A stretch of DNA of 64,000 nt, from IMG/VR virus record IMGVR_UViG_3300046005_000547, positions 170,736 through 234,735 of that record, one strand, 5' to 3'. Position numbers and translations under genes: made by a program. The notes beneath the pieces are model-generated. The model did no database searches. It worked only from the letters and a program-made list of their open reading frames with translations, and had not been told where the DNA came from. This document shows positions 1-10,433 of the stretch, one piece after another (the stretch's first letter is position 1; each line of letters opens with the position of its first letter).

Positions 1-2
1 CG

Positions 3-1916
3 GCTGGTGTTGTTAGGTTTAAAATTTATCTTGGTAGTACGCGAATAATTGGCGCATCGCAAGCTAATGCAGGTGTACCGAACCTTGCTATCGCACGTCA
101 TATCAATGGACAGTCGCAGAATTTGTGGTTGAACGGTGTAAAAGATACCTCAGGTGGTGCATTTACAGGCAATAGTGTTGGTTTTGGGTATTACGGATTT
201 AATCATAGTAGCGGTACAGGCGCGTCTATTCTTAACGCTGTTTGGAATCGCGCATTAACTGATACTGAAATCAAATCGTTATCTGAAAATCCTTGGCAAA
301 TTTTCGTGCCTGAACGTCGTATTGTTGCGTTTGATGCGGCTGTTGTTAGTGGGGTGATTGATTTACCTATTTTTGGTGTAGAAATAGATTCTAATGTTGA
401 ATCCCCAATTATTTCAACATTAGAATCCCCAATTAATTCTGTATTGAGCGTATGTTCTGCAGAAAATGTAATACATTCATCTTTTAATGATTTATCCAAT
501 ACTCAATCGATTTCATTTATTGGTATTCCAAATGTAATTGGTTCATTTAATTTATCTTCGATTGGTTTGACCGGTGGTGTAGGGAATGTATCTGTTTCCG
601 TAAATGAATCGTCTTCGATAGAATTATCAGGGATCTCATCAGGATTCGGAGATGGATTCGTTACAAAATTGATAAATGTGTCGTTGAATGGATTATCTTC
701 TAATGTTGGAATTGGTGATATTTTTAAAAATGTACAGAAATCTATCACCAATATACAATCTAATGGATTATTAAATTCATTTAATGTATTAAATGATGGT
801 TTCGTAATAGGTTCATCAGCGAATGTATATATTGGATTAACATCAAGTCTAATAAATAAACAAATTTCTGATGTAAATTCTATTTCTGATGTAAATGATT
901 TGTTGAATACAAGAAGTAATTTATTGAATGGGATATCGTTAAATTCGAGTTCTGGAACCATGAGTAACGGATCGCTGAAAATTATTCAATCTTTATATTC
1001 AAACGTTTCATTAGGTAATATCGCAAACGATACAAATAAAATTATTGTTGGTAATAATTCAACACACAACGTTGGAATTTTACAAATTTTAGCAGCCAAT
1101 GATATATCTTCAACAATTTCCTCTGTAATGGGATTATTGAATTTAGGATTATTGCCGTCATCTAGTTCTTCTGTTGTATCATTGACAAATAATGCATCTA
1201 TTTTAAATTTTGGAATTATTAATAAATCTATATCAAGAAACGTATTATCAAATAATGTAAATGTTTATTCTGGTAATCTAGATAAATCGTTTAACAAAAT
1301 TGTTAATGGAATTTTGATTAGTTCTAATGTAAATGGATTATCTTCTAAATTCGAAAAACAAATTATACAAAACGTATCTTCTGTTTTAATCAATGGATTA
1401 AATGTTTCTTCAAATTTTGATATATCTTCGAATTTGATTACAAATAATCTATCATTTTTAGGTAAGAATGTAACTAAAATTATTCAACAAAATTCTATAA
1501 ACGGATATGTTAATACGATGTATCCAGAATTGTTGGGATATTTTCAAGAATTAGTTGGTATATCCTCATCATTATATCAAGGAAATTTCAATAAAAATAC
1601 CTCAAAAATGATTGATTCAATTTCTGGGTATTCTGAATTAGGGTTTATTGATGTGAATCTATTGTTTGGTTTGACGTCAGACAATATAAATGTATCGTTG
1701 AATGATTTAGATGATTTGTTTCGAGATAATGTTTTGTTACCAATTCTATTGAATTCTGAAATAGATGGAATGTATACGTCTAAACAATTTTTGAAAATCT
1801 TGGCAACCGTCATTTATTTCAATTCCATAAAAGATAGTAAATTGAATTTCAACACAATAACAGATATTAATAGATTAAATTTTAATACCATAATAGACAA
1901 AAAGGGGAAATTTTAA
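3..1916 (+). CDS. Virion/tail structural protein, 5'-truncated: end of a LamG/concanavalin-A-like domain followed by a long N/S/I-rich repetitive region
   Basis: Frame is open from nt 3 (AGVVRFKIYLG...), upstream of the listed start. AVWNRALTDTEIKSLSENPWQIF is a typical LamG-domain C-terminus. Followed by a BppU-like gene with TAATG overlap. Confidence 0.6.
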   Translation, partial: AGVVRFKIYLGSTRIIGASQANAGVPNLAIARHINGQSQNLWLNGVKDTSGGAFTGNSVGFGYYGFNHSSGTGASILNAVWNRALTDTEIKSLSENPWQIFVPERRIVAFDAAVVSGVIDLPIFGVEIDSNVESPIISTLESPINSVLSVCSAENVIHSSFNDLSNTQSISFIGIPNVIGSFNLSSIGLTGGVGNVSVSVNESSSIELSGISSGFGDGFVTKLINVSLNGLSSNVGIGDIFKNVQKSITNIQSNGLLNSFNVLNDGFVIGSSANVYIGLTSSLINKQISDVNSISDVNDLLNTRSNLLNGISLNSSSGTMSNGSLKIIQSLYSNVSLGNIANDTNKIIVGNNSTHNVGILQILAANDISSTISSVMGLLNLGLLPSSSSSVVSLTNNASILNFGIINKSISRNVLSNNVNVYSGNLDKSFNKIVNGILISSNVNGLSSKFEKQIIQNVSSVLINGLNVSSNFDISSNLITNNLSFLGKNVTKIIQQNSINGYVNTMYPELLGYFQELVGISSSLYQGNFNKNTSKMIDSISGYSELGFIDVNLLFGLTSDNINVSLNDLDDLFRDNVLLPILLNSEIDGMYTSKQFLKILATVIYFNSIKDSKLNFNTITDINRLNFNTIIDKKGKF

Positions 1917-2224
1917 TGGCAAACTTTGTCGAAGGAGATACAGAATCCGCGTTACGCGTCACTTGTATGGACAATAATAATTCTTCCATAATAAACCTTA
2001 ATGGAACTTCTGTTAAGATACGTTGGAAGAATAAATCGAATGTTATTAAATTGAAAGAAATGACGATAATTGATGCACCTAAGGGTGTCGTTCAATATCA
2101 ATTTGATGTTGGTGAATTAGAACCACCAGAAATGTATTTTGATATTATAATAACAAATCTTTCTTCTGGAAGAACCGTCACATGCGAAAATGTAGTGAAG
2201 ATTATTGTAAGACATCATATTTGA
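1916..2224 (+). CDS. BppU N-terminal-like (baseplate upper protein) domain protein
   Basis: GDT..LRVTCMD...INLNGTSVKIRW...DAPKGVVQYQF..GEL pattern matches BppU/DUF2479-type beta sandwich. Confidence 0.6.
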   Translation: MANFVEGDTESALRVTCMDNNNSSIINLNGTSVKIRWKNKSNVIKLKEMTIIDAPKGVVQYQFDVGELEPPEMYFDIIITNLSSGRTVTCENVVKIIVRHHI

Positions 2225-2228
2225 ATCC

Positions 2229-2273
2229 AATAAAGAATCCCGTAAGACTAATCATCTTATGGGATTCTTTATT
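2229..2273. terminator. Bidirectional intrinsic terminator between convergent genes
   Basis: AATAAAGAATCCCGTAAGA-loop-TCTTATGGGATTCTTTATT. Confidence 0.85.
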
Positions 2274-2730
2274 TCAAACTTTTCAACAATTTTGGATATT
2301 CAACATTCCAATTGTTTAAGAAAACATGTTGAGCTTGTTTTAATGTAATCTTACCAGAACATAACAATTTATGTACAGCATGTTCGATTACATCTTTTTG
2401 TTTGGCATTATCTAATGATTCGGGCCATAAATTATGTGGATCTGTTGGATGACCGGAAACGCTTAACGGAATCCTATGGTCTTCTTGATAATGTTTAGGA
2501 TTTGTATCTGAATATCCATACTCATGAATCTGTTGGATTTTCAATTTATTGGTATAATTTGATGATGGTCTAATCTTAGTGGTAAATCCTGGAACACAAA
2601 CTGTCTGATTCAAATTTTCCTGCGATACGTTTGTATTTAACGATCCTGGAGTTAATTCTCTGTTTGGTTCAACAGTATCCGCTGATACATTAGTTGTAAT
2701 TAAAAGGAATAACATAAACAGTAATTTCAT
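2269..2730 (-). CDS. Secreted HNH-family nuclease-like protein
   Basis: Signal peptide MKLLFMLFLLITTNVSA; YQEDHRIPLSVSGHPTDPHNLWPE His-Me finger motif. Confidence 0.6.
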   Translation of the reverse strand: MKLLFMLFLLITTNVSADTVEPNRELTPGSLNTNVSQENLNQTVCVPGFTTKIRPSSNYTNKLKIQQIHEYGYSDTNPKHYQEDHRIPLSVSGHPTDPHNLWPESLDNAKQKDVIEHAVHKLLCSGKITLKQAQHVFLNNWNVEYPKLLKSLK

Positions 2731-3146
2731 AATTTCACGTGTAATTGATGGACTCTACATTGTATCTGGCGATTCAAGTATTCATCAGATTCCAACACTC
2801 TACGATCCATTTGTTCCCTTGCTTCCAAATAAGACATAGTCCCTAGATTACCACATAAATGTAATATCTCTCTGATGTAATTATCTTCACCTAATTGTTC
2901 TATTTCCAATTTCAAATCATCAGAACTTGAAAAGTAAGTCTTCCAATCAGATTCAGATTTCTTCTTCACTCGTTTCTTCTTTTTGGTTCCATTTTTCAAT
3001 GTAACAGTTTTCATTGAAGAAGTGAATGAATAGAATTGTTTCTTACCAACGTATTTTCTGTTGTTAGATTTATTTGTGATAAGATATACAAATCCTATTT
3101 TACCTTCTGGTATATCTGTTAATTCGATTCCTTGATACAACCACAT
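2727..3146 (-). CDS. GIY-YIG-like endonuclease conserved in T4-like phages
   Basis: GFVYLITNKSNNRKYVGKK ... SDWKTYFSSS ... YLEAREQ. Confidence 0.75.
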   Translation of the reverse strand: MWLYQGIELTDIPEGKIGFVYLITNKSNNRKYVGKKQFYSFTSSMKTVTLKNGTKKKKRVKKKSESDWKTYFSSSDDLKLEIEQLGEDNYIREILHLCGNLGTMSYLEAREQMDRRVLESDEYLNRQIQCRVHQLHVKL

Positions 3147-3199
3147 ATTTGATTCTCCATAGTATGATATTATTACATATGAAGAATTTAATGATGGGT

Positions 3200-3862
3200 T
3201 TATTTGTGTGCAATTAAAACAAATCTTCTACCTTTACTGTTTGGTAACCAAATCTTATCGTCAGCCAAATTCTTTGTATCATAATTGATTACTTTACCAG
3301 AATCATCCTTTATGAAATCATGTTCTATTGTATCATAAACAAATACATTTAATGAAGGAACTATTGATAACTTCTTCCATAATCTTTTACCGCCTTCATA
3401 TTGAACGTTATCGGAAACAATAACGTATCCATCATCCATCAATGCTTGGTATATAGAAGAAGCTAATCCAAGTCCTTCTAAGTTGGGAACTGTTGCTACA
3501 ATTGATATTTGTAATTGTTTCTTATGTTCCAATTCCGCTGGTAAATTATCAATCAAAGGGTGTTTAAAATGAACTAGACACGCAACATAATATATTTTAG
3601 CTCCGTCTTCTTGCCGTATAGTTGGTATATAAACGCCAGCCATCCCTTTTGTTTTTGTCAATAAAATTGTATAATCACCAATAACACTCGAATTTTTTAC
3701 AGTTTTAATCAAATCAAATCTTCTTTGAACTGTTTCATCTGTTATATATCTACCAGCATCACCTTCGGCCGATATTGTAATCCAAGCAGACTGGTCTTTC
3801 GTTTCTGGTCTATGTTCAGGCATTTCTAATATCATCTTTCTAATTTCTGCAAATGTTTTCAT
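3200..3862 (-). CDS. GNAT-fold protein with capsid-targeting-like N-terminus
   Basis: N-term MKTFAEIRKMILE; VATVPNLEGLGLASSIY...SDNVQYEGGKRLW resembles GNAT motif A; late-promoter-like TTAAATA upstream. Confidence 0.5.
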   Translation of the reverse strand: MKTFAEIRKMILEMPEHRPETKDQSAWITISAEGDAGRYITDETVQRRFDLIKTVKNSSVIGDYTILLTKTKGMAGVYIPTIRQEDGAKIYYVACLVHFKHPLIDNLPAELEHKKQLQISIVATVPNLEGLGLASSIYQALMDDGYVIVSDNVQYEGGKRLWKKLSIVPSLNVFVYDTIEHDFIKDDSGKVINYDTKNLADDKIWLPNSKGRRFVLIAHK

Positions 3863-3905
3863 GTTATATTTCCCCTTTAAATTTTATTATAGATTTATTT
3901 AATCC

Positions 3906-3945
3906 AAAAAGAAACCCGTTAGAGCATTCAATCTCTAACGGGTTT
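3906..3945 (-). terminator. Intrinsic terminator
   Basis: AAACCCGTTAGAG/CTCTAACGGGTTT stem with A-tract on + strand (U-tract on -); near-identical to the one at 17031-17069. Confidence 0.8.
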
Positions 3946-3956
3946 GGTATCACAAT

Positions 3957-4109
3957 CTATTCTTCATCTTCTTCAATATCATCCAATAACGGCGTTCCGC
4001 AAATTGGACAACTTCTAATGTCATTTTCCGAAAAATCCTTTGATTTAATTGTAATAGATCCTTGCGCATCACAATGGTCGCAAGCGAAGTTCTTTTTTAC
4101 TGATGCCAT
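3957..4109 (-). CDS. 50-aa zinc-ribbon protein (not in ORF track)
   Basis: Translated by hand: MASVKKNFACDHCDAQGSITIKSKDFSENDIRSCPICGTPLLDDIEEDEE; CxxC...CPxCG. Confidence 0.7.
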   Translation of the reverse strand: MASVKKNFACDHCDAQGSITIKSKDFSENDIRSCPICGTPLLDDIEEDEE

Positions 4110-4248
4110 TTTAATTCCTTTTAATGTGTTATTGTATATTCATTTAATTGTATTTAATATGAAATTATTCATGTCATTAGATAATTCTTCTATCTTTTTG
4201 AATAATAAATTTTTATTTTTAATTTCAAAATCCCAGATTACCAATACA

Positions 4249-5217
4249 TTATAACCAGACATCACCCCAAGAACCAGTTAATGCACCTTTTGAATAATCC
4301 GTAATTGTAGTTTCAAAGAAATTTCCATGAATTGGCGCATTAATCATTTCGTCAATCCAATTCAATGGGTTTTTCTTAATTTTATAAATTCCTTTCAATC
4401 CCATGGAAATCAATCTTCTATCGCAAAGGTATCTAATGTATTGTTTAATATCACCTGCGGATAAATTTTCCATGTCACCCATACTGAACGACAAATCAAT
4501 GAATTTGTCTTCTAGTTCAACCATTTTTTCTGCGATAGAATATAATTCGGATTTTAATTTATCGTTCCAGATATGTCTATTTTCTTCGATATGAGTTCTA
4601 AACAGTTTAATCATACCTTCGCAATGCATTGATTCATCAACTAAACTCCAAGAAACTAATTGACCCATACCTTTCAATTTACCATGTCTAGGAAAATTTA
4701 ATAACATAGCAAATGATGAGAATAATTGTAATCCTTCTGTGAATGCGCTGAATACTGCAATTTGCTGAGCAATAGTGGTGTTATCCATATGAGTGAATCT
4801 ATCAACATAATCATGTTTTTCTTTCATCTCAGAATATTCATTAAATTCGTTGTATATTCTTTCTGGCATCCCAAGAGTTTCAATTAAATGCGAATATGCA
4901 GCAATATGAATTGATTCTCTTGCAGCAAATCCTAATAACATCATTCTTATTTCTGGTTGAGGGAATGTTGGTAAATAATTTTTAACATATCCTCCAGCAA
5001 CATCGATATCACCTTGAGTGAAGAATCTAAACAAATTTGTTAAAAAATGTTTGCTGGATTCATCTAATTTCGACCAATCTTTAATATCGTCTTGCATAGA
5101 CACTTCAGTGAACATCCAATGACTTTGTTCATGAGTCAACCAATAATCATACGCCCATCCATATCTATGCGGTTTGTAATATGGTCTTTCGTCAGTTAAT
5201 TTTAAATTTTTACTCAT
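4249..5217 (-). CDS. nrdB: Ribonucleotide reductase class Ia beta subunit
   Basis: FFTQGDIDV, RESIHIAAY, EGLQLFSSF, DESMH di-iron motifs; start set at MSKNLK. Confidence 0.97.
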   Translation of the reverse strand: MSKNLKLTDERPYYKPHRYGWAYDYWLTHEQSHWMFTEVSMQDDIKDWSKLDESSKHFLTNLFRFFTQGDIDVAGGYVKNYLPTFPQPEIRMMLLGFAARESIHIAAYSHLIETLGMPERIYNEFNEYSEMKEKHDYVDRFTHMDNTTIAQQIAVFSAFTEGLQLFSSFAMLLNFPRHGKLKGMGQLVSWSLVDESMHCEGMIKLFRTHIEENRHIWNDKLKSELYSIAEKMVELEDKFIDLSFSMGDMENLSAGDIKQYIRYLCDRRLISMGLKGIYKIKKNPLNWIDEMINAPIHGNFFETTITDYSKGALTGSWGDVWL

Positions 5218-5224
5218 TTTATAG

Positions 5225-7021
5225 TTACCCTTCACAAGCCAAACAAGAATTTCCCTCGGCAACAGACATCATATTCATTTCTTCAATAATATGTCGTTGA
5301 ATTTGTTGTGACACTTTATCAGCCTTTCCGACTTTATTAGATCTCAAATAATACAAACTTTTTAATCCGCGTTTCCACGCACTAAAATGGACGGCATGTA
5401 AGTATTTTATATGTGCATCTGGTCTGAAAAATACATTTATAGATTGTCCTTGGTCAATAATAGCTGCTCTATCCGCAGCTAAATCGATAATCCATCTTTG
5501 GTCAATCTCCATAGACGTTTTAAACACATCCTTTTCATCTTGAGATAAAATATCTAAATGTTGAACAGATCCTTCATTTGCAATAACGCTTTTCCAAATA
5601 TCGTCTAATTTTGATTCTGTTAATGATTTATTAGATAATAATTTTTCTAATTGTTTGTTTTTGTAAATTGAAAATCCTGAAAGTGTATCTTGTCTATATG
5701 CATTTGCTCTAAATGGTTCAACACTTGGTGATGTATTTCCGACCAAAATAGACGTAGATGCATTAGGTGCGATTGCCTGCATATGAGCAAATCTTTTACC
5801 ATAACCAATTCCATCTGGACATTCCCCTCGTTCTAATGCCAATTCAGAATTACACTTATCTAAATGAACTTTGATACTTTTAAAGATACGCAAATTTGTA
5901 CTTTTTGCTAATGCGCATTCGAATGGTATATTTTTTTGTTGAAAATAATCGTGTAATCCTAATACACCTATACCAATAGAACGTTCATTCTTTGCGGATT
6001 CAACTGCTCTACGTAATTCTGGCGGAGCATTTTCGATAAAATGGGTTAAAACATTATCCAACATTTCGGCAACATCTCTATGAAATTGATAATCATCTTT
6101 CCATTCATCATAATAATTTAAGTTTAATGACGATAAACAACAAACCGCAGTTCTATCTTCAGAAGTTGCGAGTTCTACCTCTACGCAGAGATTCGAGCCA
6201 TTGATTTTTAAGCCTTTTTTTCTTTGAAATTCTGGTAATGCTCTATTTGCCGTATCAATAAAATGCAAATATGGTTCACCGCGTTGAACTCTAGTTTCAA
6301 TCAATAATTGCCAAACTTCTTTTGCCGAAACAGTTTGTGTTATTTCTTTGGTTGCTGGATCTATTAAATTCCAAGAATCGTCAAAATCTGGTTCAATCAT
6401 ACATTTTTCAATGATTTGCATAAAATCATCTGTTATATTTACACCATGATTCAAATTTGGACATCGGATATTTGGATCTCCAGTCGCCTTTCTCATTTCA
6501 ATAAATGGTATAATTTCAGGATGAGAAATATCCAAGAATGCCGCGTAACTACCTCTTCGAGTAGAACCTTGTTTATACGCTAAAGAAGACGCATCATATG
6601 TTTTTAAATGCGGGATGATTCCAGTTGATTTATCGCCAGCAGAACGAATATCCATATGGATACCAACACCCCCACCTAACATGGATAATGTATTGACTTC
6701 AGATAATGTATCAATAAGGCCCTTTGATGTATCTGGTAAGTAAGACAAAAAACAAGAAATTGGTAATCCTTTTTTATTTCTACCGAATGATAAAATCGGA
6801 GTCGAATAACTCAACCAATGCTTAGATGCATAATCATATAATCTTTGTGAATGTTCTTTATTAGTACCAAACGCATTAGAAACATATGCATATCTTTGCT
6901 GAGGTGATGATTCATCAGACATCATGTACGATTCCTTAAATCGTTTATGTCCTAATTCATCTATCAAATTGTCTCGCGAATAATCAACATTTATTCCTAA
7001 ATACAATTCCGTTATACTCAT
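5225..7021 (-). CDS. nrdA: Ribonucleotide reductase class Ia alpha subunit (short form without ATP-cone)
   Basis: PISCF, SNLCVEV catalytic motif, IAPNASTS, SLYYLR, C-terminal CLACEG. Confidence 0.97.
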   Translation of the reverse strand: MSITELYLGINVDYSRDNLIDELGHKRFKESYMMSDESSPQQRYAYVSNAFGTNKEHSQRLYDYASKHWLSYSTPILSFGRNKKGLPISCFLSYLPDTSKGLIDTLSEVNTLSMLGGGVGIHMDIRSAGDKSTGIIPHLKTYDASSLAYKQGSTRRGSYAAFLDISHPEIIPFIEMRKATGDPNIRCPNLNHGVNITDDFMQIIEKCMIEPDFDDSWNLIDPATKEITQTVSAKEVWQLLIETRVQRGEPYLHFIDTANRALPEFQRKKGLKINGSNLCVEVELATSEDRTAVCCLSSLNLNYYDEWKDDYQFHRDVAEMLDNVLTHFIENAPPELRRAVESAKNERSIGIGVLGLHDYFQQKNIPFECALAKSTNLRIFKSIKVHLDKCNSELALERGECPDGIGYGKRFAHMQAIAPNASTSILVGNTSPSVEPFRANAYRQDTLSGFSIYKNKQLEKLLSNKSLTESKLDDIWKSVIANEGSVQHLDILSQDEKDVFKTSMEIDQRWIIDLAADRAAIIDQGQSINVFFRPDAHIKYLHAVHFSAWKRGLKSLYYLRSNKVGKADKVSQQIQRHIIEEMNMMSVAEGNSCLACEG

Positions 7022-7030
7022 ATAATTTCC

Positions 7031-7240
7031 TTATGGTTTTTCTTTCAAGATAAAAACACCATCTGCCGCGCAGGTCATATATTCATTCATGATATAATCT
7101 TCACAATTGAATACAGTTGCCAAAGATGGAACAATTTTACATATTTCTTGAAATGATGGTTTATGATTGAATTCTGTAATGATTTCAGTTTTAAAATCAT
7201 TACCAGATTCGTTATAGATTTTATGTAATTGATACGTCAT
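7031..7240 (-). CDS. Hypothetical protein
   Basis: Tightly packed ORF with RBS in operon. Confidence 0.6.
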   Translation of the reverse strand: MTYQLHKIYNESGNDFKTEIITEFNHKPSFQEICKIVPSLATVFNCEDYIMNEYMTCAADGVFILKEKP

Positions 7241-7248
7241 GATATAAT

Positions 7249-7830
7249 TTAGTTGAAAAGATTTGGAGCAACTTCTGTCATTTGACGTTCAATTTCCTGC
7301 GCAACTAATCTGATTTCATATTGAGCTTCTTTTGTGTTGCGCAATTTAATGAAATCCAACCATGCTTGGAAATTACCAACAACATTTAATGAGGTCGGCG
7401 AGAAATTCGGAAGCACCATTCTAGCGTCTTCTTTCTTTGCACCTAATGATAATAATTTATCATATTGTTCATAAGAATGTTCTAATGATTCTTTTAATAC
7501 AATAGATGCTTCTTCAGATGTTTCAAAAAATGGCGGAACTTCTAATTCCAAGAGTTCGGATACATCTGATTTGGTGTAACGTTGACTCTTTTGAAGGAAG
7601 TCAAGATGTTTGGAACGAACCATTTGATGAGAACAGACTCTTGAGATGTCAGAGATTCTGAAGACAGCATGAGCAAAACGTAATACCGCAAGATGACCTT
7701 TTGATGAACAATGTTTGGCACGTTTTACATTTTTATCAGGATCTGATATATCGGCACCATAACATTCTCCTGCTACAATACCTAAGAATTCTTCTGCGTT
7801 TGGTGTAACAAATAACAATTCAACTTTCAT
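7249..7830 (-). CDS. thyX: Flavin-dependent thymidylate synthase
   Basis: GHLAVLRFAHAVF, ISRVCSHQMVRSKHLDFLQKSQRY, KEDARMVLP, FIKLR..KEAQYEIR. Confidence 0.92.
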   Translation of the reverse strand: MKVELLFVTPNAEEFLGIVAGECYGADISDPDKNVKRAKHCSSKGHLAVLRFAHAVFRISDISRVCSHQMVRSKHLDFLQKSQRYTKSDVSELLELEVPPFFETSEEASIVLKESLEHSYEQYDKLLSLGAKKEDARMVLPNFSPTSLNVVGNFQAWLDFIKLRNTKEAQYEIRLVAQEIERQMTEVAPNLFN

Positions 7831-7837
7831 ATTTCCC

Positions 7838-8389
7838 TTATTTTATTTCTTTAATTTTAGTCTTCTCTACGAATCCATAAAATTGTAAATCGATTAGTTT
7901 ATCAGTTTCTTTACCAGTACAAATACATTCACCATTCATAAAACAAACTTTTTTGTTTTTAATGGATTCATTATATTTCGCTTGGAATAAGAATTTCATT
8001 GGTATGTATATCGTTCCTCTTTTGGAATTATACGGATATTTCAATACATAATTTTTCAACCATTCAGACCACCATGGTATTTTAATTTCATATAATGTTT
8101 CAATACCTTGTTTGATGTATTTACCAGTACATTCAAATTCACCATTAAGATGTTGATGGTATCCCCCTGTTATACTTACTCGAGTTCCAATTCTACAATC
8201 CATTGTTTTATTATATTTGATTGGAATTAATTCATTATTCCATACAAATCGTTTTTCATAATCAATTTGATATTTTCTGAAAAATAGAAATTTTGATATG
8301 AATTTATTTGTTTTCTCCGTTTGTACCACTATATTCCTGAACGGATCCGTTTTGAATAGGTAATTCATTTTGAACCTTATTTGTATCAA
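7838..8389 (-). CDS. Hypothetical protein
   Basis: Long ORF in operon, no recognisable motif. Confidence 0.6.
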   Translation of the reverse strand: MIQIRFKMNYLFKTDPFRNIVVQTEKTNKFISKFLFFRKYQIDYEKRFVWNNELIPIKYNKTMDCRIGTRVSITGGYHQHLNGEFECTGKYIKQGIETLYEIKIPWWSEWLKNYVLKYPYNSKRGTIYIPMKFLFQAKYNESIKNKKVCFMNGECICTGKETDKLIDLQFYGFVEKTKIKEIK

Positions 8390-8488
8390 TTAAAGCGTTG
8401 ATGATGTGTAATTCATTTTCATCATATTTCAATTTCATTAGATCTTTCAATTCTTTATCAACATCAAATTTACAAGGTTTATCTTCTT

Positions 8489-9502
8489 TCAACATTTCCT
8501 CCAAGTGATATATTTCATGAGAGCGGATGCTCCGACGAATGTATTATTATCTATAATACTTTTTGCGTCTATACCATTCAAATACATATCATTGATGTCT
8601 TTTTGTTTTATCTTGGAATCCCAAATACAAACCGAATATCCAAATTTGATACTGTTTTCGAGTAATCTCATTATTTCAATTGCTCTGGGTTCATTATCAT
8701 AAACCAAGACAACATTGTCTTTATGTTCCTTAATGAACACATTACTGTTAAATGACGAACCAGAAACAGCTATACAATTATCTATAAACAATGAATCAAT
8801 TGGACCTTCAACAACGTATATCTTCTTAGAAGTATCAATTCTTTCTAAACCATATACAGGATAATCCGTATCCATCAATTTGATATTAGAATATCTCATG
8901 AAGTTGTTATCAATTGCTCTACCCGTTAATTGGAATATATATCCTTCTGGATTGAAATATGGAATAACAATTCTAGGTGAATCAATTACAGAATCAAACT
9001 TTTCTGGGATGATCGAATTGATTAACTTTTTGTATTCTGTTGTATAATACAATAGTTTCCATTTATCCTCTGGTATATTTCTTCTTGAGAGAAATTCAAT
9101 TGCTTCTTTAGATTCAGATGCTGGAATCAATTGAGATAGAATTTTGTTATTGTAAATTGATGATTCAGAAAATGATGGTTTTGAATCAGGAAGTTCAATT
9201 GTTTTGTTTGCTCTATGTTTATTGATTCCTTGTTTGTATCGTTCGACAACATAATCTGAATATAACAAAGAATTGACTTCTTTTAGGAATGTACCAAACG
9301 ATACAGAATACTGGCAATTGAAACATCTATAGAACATATCATTTTTAACGGTATAGATGAATCCTCTGGCTTTTCTGGTATTCTTTTTTGAATCCCCACA
9401 AATTGGACAACTCATCTTCCATGTTTCTTCATTTATCTTTCTGAAGTTGCGCATGGAAGATGAGAACAAATGGATGTATTTCTTATCGATGTATAATGAC
9501 AT
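8489..9502 (-). CDS. 61: T4 gp61-like DNA primase
   Basis: CPICGDS...ARG...FYRCFNC zinc-binding domain; YVVEGPIDSLF TOPRIM motif; DNEPR; KDINDM. Confidence 0.96.
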   Translation of the reverse strand: MSLYIDKKYIHLFSSSMRNFRKINEETWKMSCPICGDSKKNTRKARGFIYTVKNDMFYRCFNCQYSVSFGTFLKEVNSLLYSDYVVERYKQGINKHRANKTIELPDSKPSFSESSIYNNKILSQLIPASESKEAIEFLSRRNIPEDKWKLLYYTTEYKKLINSIIPEKFDSVIDSPRIVIPYFNPEGYIFQLTGRAIDNNFMRYSNIKLMDTDYPVYGLERIDTSKKIYVVEGPIDSLFIDNCIAVSGSSFNSNVFIKEHKDNVVLVYDNEPRAIEIMRLLENSIKFGYSVCIWDSKIKQKDINDMYLNGIDAKSIIDNNTFVGASALMKYITWRKC

Positions 9503-9824
9503 ACTTTACCATTTCTTTTGATTCTTGTTGTTATATTGTTTAGGAGGATGCGTCTGTTTTCCTGTCTTTGGAATTTCAATGTATCGTACATTAGCATCCA
9601 CTCCATTACATGTTAATATAAACATTTCATCTTTTTGGATACCACCTAACATAATTCCTTCCAATTCATTTATCATAATAATTTCATTCCAATTAAACCA
9701 CTATACATAATCAAACAAATTCCAATGTAAAACAATTTGAACACTTCATGTAGTTTTAATCTACCAGAAAATAACATATCCATACAAAAATAAACCCCGA
9801 TTAGATTTAATAAAATCAATAAAT

Positions 9825-10154
9825 TCATAATTCACCTTTAATGTAAGAAATGATTGAATCGAACGGTATATCTTCAACAGAATTGTATCTTGTATATCCA
9901 ATATCGTTATATTCAATCCATATTAAAATGTCATCATTATTAACATTTATTTCAATGTAACAAGTCTCAGATTCATTATCCAATTCTATCTTAACTGATT
10001 TAAAATCTTCGGAAATATCCACGGTTTTGATATTCTGTTTTATATCATCTAATTCATATAGAATCCTTTTTGAATTAGAAATTATAACAAATGATGGATT
10101 ATCCAATGAATCTAAATTATCTATTTCCTCTAAAAAAGAATCAATGTGAGACAT
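9825..10154 (-). CDS. Hypothetical acidic protein
   Basis: ORF coupled to upstream ORF. Confidence 0.6.
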   Translation of the reverse strand: MSHIDSFLEEIDNLDSLDNPSFVIISNSKRILYELDDIKQNIKTVDISEDFKSVKIELDNESETCYIEINVNNDDILIWIEYNDIGYTRYNSVEDIPFDSIISYIKGEL

Positions 10155-10372
10155 TATTCTAATCCATCAGAATTCAAATTGTAAATTTGGTCAATAAACA
10201 TTTGGAAATTCGATTCATTTAATTCATTACTTCTAATGCCTTTATAATAAACAGAAGATCCTTTTGAATGTAGAACCTCAATTTTGTTTTCATGAACGTC
10301 GAAATATGTAACATTGTCTACAATCAAAACTCGAACTACATTGTTGTTAAATTCAATCTTAATGGCTCTCAT
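10154..10372 (-). CDS. Hypothetical protein
   Basis: ORF with AGGAG RBS directly downstream of promoter 10397-10424. Confidence 0.65.
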   Translation of the reverse strand: MRAIKIEFNNNVVRVLIVDNVTYFDVHENKIEVLHSKGSSVYYKGIRSNELNESNFQMFIDQIYNLNSDGLE

Positions 10373-10396
10373 ATTTTCTCCTAGTTGAAAAACTAT

Positions 10397-10424
10397 ATTA
10401 TAATCTATTATATCAGAAACGAAA
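10397..10424 (-). promoter_or_regulatory. Early-type promoter
   Basis: TTTCGT-N16-TATAAT on minus strand. Confidence 0.6.
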
Positions 10425-10433
10425 GAATAAAGA

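Noticed and set aside
203-1813. Antisense ORFs 203-499, 503-961, 1577-1813 and the many other short opposite-strand ORFs (e.g. 3853-4254, 38129-38686, 44274-44882)
   Set aside because: Shadows of well-supported genes on the other strand; no RBS or motifs.
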